36,478 nucleotides of DNA from Candidatus Thorarchaeota archaeon (GTDB taxonomy: Archaea; Asgardarchaeota; Thorarchaeia; Thorarchaeales; Thorarchaeaceae). The stretch is taken from contig JAEOUG010000096.1 of the NCBI GenBank assembly GCA_016839445.1, positions 1 to 36,478 on the forward strand. Reading direction: 5' to 3'. Position numbers and translations under genes: made by a program. The notes under the pieces were generated by a model. That model worked only from the letters and a program-made list of their open reading frames with translations. It ran no database searches and had not been told where the DNA came from. This document shows, piece after piece, positions 9,068-17,057 of the stretch (its first letter is position 1; every line of letters begins with the position of its first letter).

Positions 9068-10069
9068 ATGATCAACAGAATCGTCGACCTGTCCGAGAAG
9101 CTGGCCAACAAGAAGAAAGATGATCCCGATCTTCTTGAGAGAATGGAGGTTGCAGCAAAGGGACAGTCGCCACGATTCCTACTCATCTCGCCCATAGACC
9201 GTAGCTCACAGGACCTTCAGGTGCTCGATATGCGCATGGGGGATGCGTTTCACGCCACACGTGTTCCCGGAAATGCTCTGCCACCCGCAGGAGAGTCTCC
9301 TGTTCTCTTTGGAGGACCCGCGTCGTACAACCGTGGATTCCTCCAGAAGAGAGGAGTGATTGTCACATTCGACTCACACGAATCTCACGAGATCGTCAGG
9401 GAATCTCTTCTCAATGTGTCTAGGCACTCAGACCTGTCTGGCCTCCCGATTATCGCGCTTCGCATTGATTACTCGAGTGGTTCTGCCAGACTCGAACCAC
9501 ATAGCTACGGGAGGGATTATGAAGGAGAGAACTGGGTTCTCTCCCGTCTACAGAGACCTGACCCTGTAGATGAAGACTATCTGGTGCTTATCTGCTCTGA
9601 TTCGCGTGTTCATCCTCCGCCCACTCCTGACGGGGTTCCCATGGCTATTCAGACACTTGGAGGATATGTGCCACCTTACAGTGCCGGAGTTGCCGAGTCA
9701 CAGCAGCTCAACGAGTTCTTCGAGAAATGGTTCGAGAGCAGCCACACAGAACACCGGATACTTGTCATCATGCATGGTAGTTTCAGAGGGGATGGTCCCC
9801 CCTGTGGGGCAGCTCAGGCCTCTCTTGACCCTGACAAGGTCTCAAATGATCGACTTCGACCATTGATTCAGAAACTGAGAGACGAGGCATCGAGATTCGA
9901 GGTCAGTCCCTCCGAGAACGCTGAGGATCGAGTTGTGGCTCTGGCATCTGCCATCAAAGAAAACCTGCTTTCCTATCCTGGTATCCAAGCATACAGTGAG
10001 AGGGACCAGCTGATAGAGATAGCGTTCATGAACACTGTAACCAACATCGTCGCCGCTCTCAGGGACTAG
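9068..10069 (+). CDS. Tandem beta-carbonic-anhydrase-fold protein; C-terminal half retains the Zn ligands
   Basis: C-half ICSDSRV ... H-x9-CGA; N-half KGQSPRFLLISPIDRS is a degenerate copy. Confidence 0.65.
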   Translation: MINRIVDLSEKLANKKKDDPDLLERMEVAAKGQSPRFLLISPIDRSSQDLQVLDMRMGDAFHATRVPGNALPPAGESPVLFGGPASYNRGFLQKRGVIVTFDSHESHEIVRESLLNVSRHSDLSGLPIIALRIDYSSGSARLEPHSYGRDYEGENWVLSRLQRPDPVDEDYLVLICSDSRVHPPPTPDGVPMAIQTLGGYVPPYSAGVAESQQLNEFFEKWFESSHTEHRILVIMHGSFRGDGPPCGAAQASLDPDKVSNDRLRPLIQKLRDEASRFEVSPSENAEDRVVALASAIKENLLSYPGIQAYSERDQLIEIAFMNTVTNIVAALRD

Positions 10070-10736
10070 TGGCACTGAATGACCCGGAGTAACTAGCAAT
10101 CAGATCTTCATACTGGTGCAAGTTCACCAAGAAAGAGTTCAACTTGAACACTGGTACTACTGGTACTCCTTCGTGAAGTTCGACCTCCTCCACTAGCCAT
10201 GTGACCACGGCAGGAAAGACTGTGTAGAAACCGGCCTTGAGCCCAGAGATCTTCTTCGATAGTGGGTTAAGCTCCTGCGCCAGACGTGCACACCGTTCCT
10301 TCTGCCTTTCAGCAGCTGTCCTGAGCGCTGAGGTCTTGCCGCCTCTTACTCCCCACATCTTCGCGTCTACCGAAAGAATCTGCCTTCCGCGCACACCCAC
10401 GACATCTATCTCCATGCCTTGAGTCTCTGAACTTCCACGCTTCCTGTAGCTTTCAATACACCGGTAATCGTTCTGAGTCAGAACCTCGGCCACGAACACC
10501 TCGAAGTCCTTCCAGCTGAGAAGCTCTACAACTTTAGCAAACTGAACTCCTCGTCTGATGATGTCCATCGCCAGATTGATGCGTTGGGATCTGCTAATCG
10601 CCACTCCGGACTCGCTAGTTCTGAGTTGCAGATCCTCTACGATTCCCTCGCCAATGTCTGTTAGGTCTTCAACAACCTCTGTATCTTTGGACCTTCTCAG
10701 AAGCTCCATCATCACTCGGACATCGTACAAGGGCAT
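10059..10736 (-). CDS. PD-(D/E)xK nuclease, Mrr-like restriction endonuclease family
   Basis: LSWKDFEVFVAEVL, EIDVVG and VDAK motifs; C-terminal GVPVVP. Confidence 0.8.
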   Translation of the reverse strand: MPLYDVRVMMELLRRSKDTEVVEDLTDIGEGIVEDLQLRTSESGVAISRSQRINLAMDIIRRGVQFAKVVELLSWKDFEVFVAEVLTQNDYRCIESYRKRGSSETQGMEIDVVGVRGRQILSVDAKMWGVRGGKTSALRTAAERQKERCARLAQELNPLSKKISGLKAGFYTVFPAVVTWLVEEVELHEGVPVVPVFKLNSFLVNLHQYEDLIASYSGSFSATSP

Positions 10737-10760
10737 GTTCTAGGCCCAGAAGCGAGTTAG

Positions 10761-10767
10761 TTTATAA
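10761..10767. promoter_or_regulatory. TATA box in a short divergent promoter
   Basis: TTTATAA between starts at 10736 (-) and 10800 (+). Confidence 0.5.
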
Positions 10768-10799
10768 CATCGATTGATGACTTGGATTTGGGAGTATCA

Positions 10800-11291
10800 A
10801 TGTCTGAAGCAGACGAAGGTTGGCGGCGAGTTCTGGCAGCCTTTGACGACTGGATCGCCTATGAGAGTACAGAATACGGACCGTATACCGGCTACTTCTC
10901 GGTTGACAGTCTTAGAGACCTTACTCACAAGGAACGCATAGGTTGGATGCACTCCATGTACGAGGAGATTATTCCTGGGCGTGTTGAGCGATGCAGGGCG
11001 GCAAAGGTAGCTTTTGAAGACTTCCTCCCATATATGCCAGACGCAGATGCGATTGAAGTAGTCCAATCGATGATTGACCTCTCAGAGGTCATAGCTGATG
11101 CTATGCTTGCCTTGAGCGATTCTGTTCACTCCATGCAGGAATCATACGTTGATGGGGACCTTGACGAAGTTGTGCCATATCTCGGTGAGATTGCTGAATC
11201 CGAGGAGAGCATCCGACATCACATGAGCCTCTTCAGCGGAGGCTTCGGCAGACTGCGTGCACTAGGGCTTGAAATGCCTGACCTGGAATGA
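10800..11291 (+). CDS. Acidic all-alpha hypothetical protein
   Basis: Clean ORF with GGGAG SD before ATG 10800; no motif recognised. Confidence 0.75.
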   Translation: MSEADEGWRRVLAAFDDWIAYESTEYGPYTGYFSVDSLRDLTHKERIGWMHSMYEEIIPGRVERCRAAKVAFEDFLPYMPDADAIEVVQSMIDLSEVIADAMLALSDSVHSMQESYVDGDLDEVVPYLGEIAESEESIRHHMSLFSGGFGRLRALGLEMPDLE

Positions 11292-11413
11292 GATGACTGC
11301 AAGACTTAAGTGATAATGCTTGACTGTTCAGTTGACCCATTGAAAAGAGGTGAAAATGCAAATGGGAGCTGAAACAACAACTACCCATCGATATCGGGTC
11401 GCGAACACCAAAG

Positions 11414-11782
11414 GTGAGTGCCAAATTAAGCACCGTCACCGAGGTGAATGTGTTCTCCAGTGACTGTAAGGTCTCTGAGTCTGGTTTTTGTAGTCTGGCA
11501 GCCGCGTTCTGTACGTTAGCAGACGCTAGGCTTACGGACACACAGAAGCAGGTGCTTGTAGTGAGCTATAGGCTTCTGGAATTCAGAGAGCTATCGATGA
11601 CGGCACTTGCGGATCTTGTTTCCCGAAACAGCTCGGTGCCGTACAGCACAGTGAAATGGAATCTTCGGTCGCTCAGGGAGATGTCCTTGATGAGCGGGGG
11701 CGATCTCACCTCAAAGGGTGAGCCCGCAAAGCTGACTGAAGAAGCCCGCATGCTCGCGGCCTACTTCGAGAAGCAAGTCTAG
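11414..11782 (+). CDS. Winged-helix DNA-binding protein (start uncertain)
   Basis: LTDTQKQVL ... SMTALADLVS ... PYSTVKWNLRSLREMSL ... AKLTEEAR. Confidence 0.75.
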   Translation: MSAKLSTVTEVNVFSSDCKVSESGFCSLAAAFCTLADARLTDTQKQVLVVSYRLLEFRELSMTALADLVSRNSSVPYSTVKWNLRSLREMSLMSGGDLTSKGEPAKLTEEARMLAAYFEKQV

Positions 11783-11820
11783 GTGATGGGGGCCAGCGTG
11801 CCCCCTCACTGTTTTTCTTT
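11783..11820 (+). terminator. GC hairpin followed by a U-tract
   Basis: GTGATGGGGGC-cagcgt-GCCCCCTCAC then TGTTTTTCTTT, directly after the stop codon. Confidence 0.65.
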
Positions 11821-11850
11821 CCACTGTCTTATAGGAGCCATACCGAACTC

Positions 11851-11867
11851 AAGGGGTGCTACCCCTT
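11851..11867. terminator. Second hairpin in the convergent intergenic region
   Basis: Perfect 7-bp stem AAGGGGT-gct-ACCCCTT. Confidence 0.4.
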
Positions 11868-11901
11868 CCTCCGCTGCCATCCTTTTCTTTCAAGGGCAGT
11901 A

Positions 11902-12702
11902 TCATCGGATCTTCTTGTCGAACACCTGCCACATCTCATCGGTGATTTCCTTCACCTCATCAGATGCGGTTGCGGATGCGATGACAATGTCGACCGATTT
12001 GCTCTCTCCTGGCTCAAGATTGCCGAGATTCCATTGGAGAGCGATCGCAATGTCACGCGGTCCAGCTTCGAGGTTATTTGAAAGGTCGCGCGTCTCTCCA
12101 TCCGGTCTGAGCTTCGTCGGGGAGGCTATCTCGTGCCCATCGGCCCGTGGCCGTGAGCTCAAGGATACCCAGAGGGGTGTTTCATCGTGAACCAACATCC
12201 TGCCGCTGTCCGGTTCGTATTGAGCAACATCATCCTTGTAGCTTGTCGGGCCACCAACGTCAAAGTCAACGATGAGGTAGACCCTCACATCTTCGATGAC
12301 ATCCCTTGACTGATTGCTTGTCGTGTGTCGGACGAGCAGCGCAGGTTTGTTCCGGCTCCAGATGTCCAATCTGAACCTGACCTTAGCCTCTTTCTCCTCT
12401 TCTGGAGTGTGGTCAAGGACTATCTTCAGCACTCCCGGTTTCGAGTCCTGTTGTGCCAAAGTGATTGCCTTGCTCTCGGTGGAACTAACGCTATGCACCT
12501 GGCCACCTAGGAGATAGCTGCACCAGAAGCCTGCTTTATACTCTGCAGGGTTCTTGAGCAGCAGTCTCTCGACACCGGTCGTGTCGATTAGGCTCAGTCG
12601 TTTGATGAAGAAACCCAGGCGACCCTGTCCACATGAGGAACACTCGATGCTGTACGAGATGTCCAACCTTGGACTTCGGTTTCCTGTGTCAAGGACTTCC
12701 AT
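11902..12702 (-). CDS. Beta-rich hypothetical protein (glycoside-hydrolase N-terminal/supersandwich-like)
   Basis: Alternating beta patterns; DFDVGG..YKDD and ALQWNLGNLEPGESKSV; N-terminal CSSC. Confidence 0.6.
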   Translation of the reverse strand: MEVLDTGNRSPRLDISYSIECSSCGQGRLGFFIKRLSLIDTTGVERLLLKNPAEYKAGFWCSYLLGGQVHSVSSTESKAITLAQQDSKPGVLKIVLDHTPEEEKEAKVRFRLDIWSRNKPALLVRHTTSNQSRDVIEDVRVYLIVDFDVGGPTSYKDDVAQYEPDSGRMLVHDETPLWVSLSSRPRADGHEIASPTKLRPDGETRDLSNNLEAGPRDIAIALQWNLGNLEPGESKSVDIVIASATASDEVKEITDEMWQVFDKKIR

Positions 12703-12861
12703 GACCGATCCCTTTACCTATGCTGTCGTTTCCAAGTCCGGCTCGGGATTTAAACATCCTGTTCCAGTCGCGAATCCGAGCGACTAGTTCATGACTTCAT
12801 AGTTCACAAGATTGATAAGCTGGCCAAATGACTGCCGCATTAAATTGGGTGAATCACGCCT

Positions 12862-14091
12862 ATGACGAATCTCACAGTCGAGCAGCTACAGAAGTGGTAC
12901 AGGAACCAGCTCAAGAAGTCCTCCAAGGATTTCCTCAAGCAGGCGGAGAGGAGCTACAAGATTGTTGAGAGTGCGTTGAAGGACATCGAGGAGTTAGTCA
13001 GGGAGTTCGAAGACGAAGAAGCCGACGAACAAGATATGGCAACTTCAGTCAGATTCGCGGGAAAGGTCAAGGAGATTGTAGACGACTTCTACGTTGAACA
13101 GGAGATTACATACGAGTCCACGGAGCTCCTGCAATCGGAAATTCAGCGCTTTGTGCAAGACCTGTGGGAAGCTGGCCGCAGATGGATCAAGCGAATGGAC
13201 AAACGATACAAGACCCTTGTAAAATCGCTCGACACCTCCCTGAAGGACCTCACAAGAGAGATGAATCGAATCCAGAAACTCCTCTACGAGTACAGCTGGG
13301 TCAAGGACCTCGAGCGCATCAGGGGGAGGATTGACACACTTCATGACCTTACCTTCTCTAAGGAGGTCTTCGAGGAGCAGATAGGAACGGTCCGACAGAA
13401 GATAGGGACTGCAGAGGAGGAGTACGACAAGGCAAAGAAGGCCTACAGCGAGTTCACAGAGACCTCCAATGTTGCTGAGCTCCTAAGCCTCGATGAACAG
13501 GCCGACAGGGTTTCCAGCATCTTGCGTATGAAGCTGAACCCGCTGAAGAAGCAGGTCAAGAAGTTCCTCCAGCATGATACTGGGGTCCGCGTAGGCCCTG
13601 CTGGACAGAAGGCTCTCATTGACTACTTCGAGGATCCGTACACTGCCATTGTAGGAGAGCCCGAGGGCTATCCCGGTCTGATGGAAGGTCTGGAGGGACT
13701 CAGAGAAGCCCTGGAAAAGGACCGTCTGTCCATGAAGGACCGATTGGCACGAAGAGCCACAGAAGAGATCGATGCAATCGGTGGCGGCAGTCTTCAGGAA
13801 TTTCAGAGTCAGGCAAAGGAGATTGAGGAGAAGCGCAGAGTGTATGCGGGCTCCGATGTGTACTCAAAGAGCAAGGATCTCGAGATGACGTTGAATGAGG
13901 CAAGGAAGAACCTCGAGTACCATCGCAATGACCTGCTTAGAATCCGTGACGACATTACTCGCCAGATTGAGAAGGTCGAGGACTTCAAGTCCAGAATTGA
14001 GACAGACATTGCCAAGGCCTTCAATGAGAAGGTGAACATTCAGGTGGAGGTCTCTCTGGGGCCTCTGCTGGAGCTATGCGCTATCACGTAA
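12862..14091 (+). CDS. Coiled-coil hypothetical protein (409 aa)
   Basis: E/K/L/R-rich heptads throughout with a short Gly/Pro hinge (DPYTAIVGEPEGYPG); no Walker A. Confidence 0.8.
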   Translation: MTNLTVEQLQKWYRNQLKKSSKDFLKQAERSYKIVESALKDIEELVREFEDEEADEQDMATSVRFAGKVKEIVDDFYVEQEITYESTELLQSEIQRFVQDLWEAGRRWIKRMDKRYKTLVKSLDTSLKDLTREMNRIQKLLYEYSWVKDLERIRGRIDTLHDLTFSKEVFEEQIGTVRQKIGTAEEEYDKAKKAYSEFTETSNVAELLSLDEQADRVSSILRMKLNPLKKQVKKFLQHDTGVRVGPAGQKALIDYFEDPYTAIVGEPEGYPGLMEGLEGLREALEKDRLSMKDRLARRATEEIDAIGGGSLQEFQSQAKEIEEKRRVYAGSDVYSKSKDLEMTLNEARKNLEYHRNDLLRIRDDITRQIEKVEDFKSRIETDIAKAFNEKVNIQVEVSLGPLLELCAIT

Positions 14092-14107
14092 CCCGGAGCT
14101 TGTCCCA

Positions 14108-14932
14108 TTGAGGATACTCGTCACATCGAAGAAGGACCTAGCTAGTCAGACGATGAAGGACATCCTGACTGAGGAGTATGACTTCGGTGAGACCGGTGAC
14201 TCATTCGAGGGAACGCCTGTACTCTCTCTTGGGGATTCGATCCTCCTCATCACTTCAGAGAGGGACCTGATACAATGCAGTCATCTGGAGGAAACCTATC
14301 GCCCGGAGGCATTCATCTTCTGCTCCCGCCACAGGTCCGAGTCGGGACGGCCCTCGCTCCTGGTGCACAGCACTGGAAACTATGGAGAGGAGGCTGACTT
14401 CGGAGGCAATCCTCGCGAGCTATCTGTTTCAGCACCGTCTCTTGTTTCCTCAGCGCTTCGCAAGCTGTACCACGAGAGGAATGCCCGTAATCTCGAGGAC
14501 TTCGATGTGACTCTTGAGGTGACACACCACGGACCTACCAATCTAGCTACGCCCATGGTCTTTGTCGAGCTTGGTAGTGATGAAGAACATTGGAGGAATG
14601 AAGAAGGGGCCCGCGCTGTTGTGGCCGCTGCTCTAGACGCGTGCAATGTGCCCCTTGACTGTGCTGCTGCTATAGGATTCGGTGGCACTCACTATGCAAG
14701 CAAGTTCAACAAGCTTGTTCTTGAGAAGAGCCTGATGATTGGCCATATTGCCCCGAAGTATTCCATTGACGGTCTCAATGCTGAGATCATAGAGCAGATG
14801 AGGTCAAGGACTGCAGGGAAGGTTTCGCAAGCCATAATCGATTGGAAGGGGACCAATGCAGAGAACAAGGCACATCTCTTTCCCCTCCTAGAAGCCTCAG
14901 GGCTTGAGATTGTGCGAGCGAAGGACTACTAG
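14108..14932 (+). CDS. dtdA: D-aminoacyl-tRNA deacylase (archaeal DTD2)
   Basis: SKKDLAS, SRHRS, VHSTGN, EVTHHGPT, FVELGS, GFGGTHYA, GHIAPKY and IDWKG. Confidence 0.96.
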   Translation: MRILVTSKKDLASQTMKDILTEEYDFGETGDSFEGTPVLSLGDSILLITSERDLIQCSHLEETYRPEAFIFCSRHRSESGRPSLLVHSTGNYGEEADFGGNPRELSVSAPSLVSSALRKLYHERNARNLEDFDVTLEVTHHGPTNLATPMVFVELGSDEEHWRNEEGARAVVAAALDACNVPLDCAAAIGFGGTHYASKFNKLVLEKSLMIGHIAPKYSIDGLNAEIIEQMRSRTAGKVSQAIIDWKGTNAENKAHLFPLLEASGLEIVRAKDY

Positions 14933-15032
14933 AGGTGACGAGTAGGTCCCTCGGGCACTCTACTATACTCCCGAAAGGCTAATGTACCGATTTGGTCTAC
15001 TCGCGACTATCGCCACCGTAGTAGGGGATGTC

Positions 15033-16016
15033 ATGCCCGCCGATGAAAAGTCCGATACCGCGGAACTCAACAAGAAGCTGGACGGAATCGCTAAGGATCT
15101 CGATGCGATACGTGACGAGTTGAAGGCAGTCTCAAGCATCGAAGACAAGGTCGATTCTCTTGAGAAGACACTTGCCTCTCTAGAGAAGATAGAGGAGTCA
15201 ATGAATGACGTAGCCACCGGAGTGAAGGAACTTGGTGGTCTTGAGAAGAAAGTGGACAAACTGAGTGACTCCACGGGCAAGCTTGAGAAGTCCATTGAAG
15301 CGGCAAAAGACTCCACCGACACTTCAGAGATTGCCAAGGGTGTCGAAGGACTTCAGAAGTCCCTTGACGAGATACTGGGCTCTCAAGAGACTGCGGTGAT
15401 CATAAAGAAGCTTGATGATCTCCTCATCCAGATTATGGATACGAACGTTCTATCAAAGAAACTTGACGATCTGCAGTCATATGTGGCAGGCTTGTCGAGT
15501 GTTGAGGAGAAGGTTGATGACCTCTCCAACAGCCTCTCGGAAACCAACGAGATTGTGTCCATAATAGTCCGGCAGCTTGATGATGTCGAACGCAAGTACA
15601 ATCAGGCCGCGGAAGTGATTACCGAGGCTGCGCAGAGGGTTGAAGCGGCAATTGCTTCAGGCGCCAGCACTGCTCCTCCGAGCAAGCCGGAGAAGAAGCC
15701 AGAGAAGGAAGAGCCGAAGAAGGTCTCGAAGGCCAGTCTGCCCTCCACGATTGATCAGATTATGAGTGACTTGATGGACCTTGTTACTCCGCAGACAGAA
15801 GCCAAGGCCATGGCTGAGTCCTTGGAAGAGGCTCGGGACCGGCTAACAACGATGATTAGCGGGCATACCCCTGTCCTGTATCAGTTCGGAACAAAGGCCC
15901 GCGAACTCAAGTCTTATCCGCCTACAGCTACACTGAATGAGAATGACATTGCTCTCTTGAGCAAGGACATCCGGTCTTGGACTTCGAAGCTGAAAGAGAT
16001 GGCAAAGAGCCAGTAA
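15033..16016 (+). CDS. Coiled-coil protein with Pro/Lys linker and C-terminal helical domain
   Basis: Repeats SSIEDKVDSL/SSVEEKVDDL and KKLDDL x2; linker APPSKPEKKPEKEEPKK; GGGGA SD before ATG 15033. Confidence 0.8.
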   Translation: MPADEKSDTAELNKKLDGIAKDLDAIRDELKAVSSIEDKVDSLEKTLASLEKIEESMNDVATGVKELGGLEKKVDKLSDSTGKLEKSIEAAKDSTDTSEIAKGVEGLQKSLDEILGSQETAVIIKKLDDLLIQIMDTNVLSKKLDDLQSYVAGLSSVEEKVDDLSNSLSETNEIVSIIVRQLDDVERKYNQAAEVITEAAQRVEAAIASGASTAPPSKPEKKPEKEEPKKVSKASLPSTIDQIMSDLMDLVTPQTEAKAMAESLEEARDRLTTMISGHTPVLYQFGTKARELKSYPPTATLNENDIALLSKDIRSWTSKLKEMAKSQ

Positions 16017-16203
16017 CTGTCCCAAAGCCAATCAGAAGCCATGAATCTGGCACTTCAGAGAAGGTTTGAGTGGAATAGGTTTATCTCGATGAAGCTACAA
16101 ATGCGCAAATGGTAGTCTGACCTATTGCTAAGATGTCATAGCGTTGGGTCAGTGCTAGCTAGGTCTCGGTCCAAGACCCGCGCACAAAGGACAGGTGGCA
16201 TAG

Positions 16204-17004
16204 ATGGAACTGAAGAAACATGACAGTCAACTAGCTGAGCGGATGAAGCTCCTTGACAACTCCGCAGACAAGTACCTTGCCAGAGAACTGATAGAACTCT
16301 ACGAGGACAAGTGTAAGGAATGCCAAGAGGATCGGCTCAGATGTGCCACACGTCCCGACTGCAAGGACCGCAACTTCCTGAATGCCTTGATTGAGATAGG
16401 TGTTCAGGCCGAAGACCTTCCTAGCTTCTGCTACAGCCAATATCTTGACCAAATCCGACGCTACGTGTTGGAGAAGAGGGGCAGAGGACTGAACGATCGG
16501 AGGCTTCCGATTAAGGATCTCCTGTCTACTCTTGATGTGAGTTCTATTCGACATTTCAGCACGAGATTTCGCAAGGAATGGCCGAAATTCACAAGAGCGG
16601 CAGCTGGAGATATCGTCCTGTTTGCAGGTAACGACCTGCTATTCAGATTCGACTTCTCACGAGGTGTTGTGACCATAAATCCGGTCCACAACGAGATCAC
16701 CGATCTTGAGGAATTCAAGCTGTACGTCAAGCTCTTCTCCGAGCACTATGAGCTAGCTTCGAAGGTCAAGGACCTTACACTGAACTGGTGGCTTCTCTCC
16801 ATAGAAGTGACTGGAGTGGATGCTACTGAAATGAGGTCCCTGGCGAAGAGCAGCACCGCAAAGAGCTTTGAGTCTGTATATTCTGTTGTTGAAGATGACA
16901 AGATGAAGATACAGGTTGAAGTCATGTCAGAGGGTGGCAATGACCCTCTTGAGACCGGCGAACTGCGCGATTTGTTCGAGAGAATCGTGAAGATGGCAAG
17001 CTAG
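16204..17004 (+). CDS. Hypothetical protein with an N-terminal Cys cluster
   Basis: CKEC-x6-C-x5-C ... FCY; AGGTGG SD. Confidence 0.8.
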   Translation: MELKKHDSQLAERMKLLDNSADKYLARELIELYEDKCKECQEDRLRCATRPDCKDRNFLNALIEIGVQAEDLPSFCYSQYLDQIRRYVLEKRGRGLNDRRLPIKDLLSTLDVSSIRHFSTRFRKEWPKFTRAAAGDIVLFAGNDLLFRFDFSRGVVTINPVHNEITDLEEFKLYVKLFSEHYELASKVKDLTLNWWLLSIEVTGVDATEMRSLAKSSTAKSFESVYSVVEDDKMKIQVEVMSEGGNDPLETGELRDLFERIVKMAS

Positions 17005-17057
17005 CATGCTTGCTCCTCTCCGCGAGCCGCAATCATATCCATTGGTGGGATGAAGAA

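Noticed and set aside
10059-10736. Restriction-modification or defence island
   Set aside because: No methyltransferase, integrase or other defence gene nearby and no visible compositional shift.
12862-14091. SMC/Rad50 or ESCRT-III assignment
   Set aside because: No Walker A/B, signature motif or Zn hook; too long and not recognisably Snf7-like.
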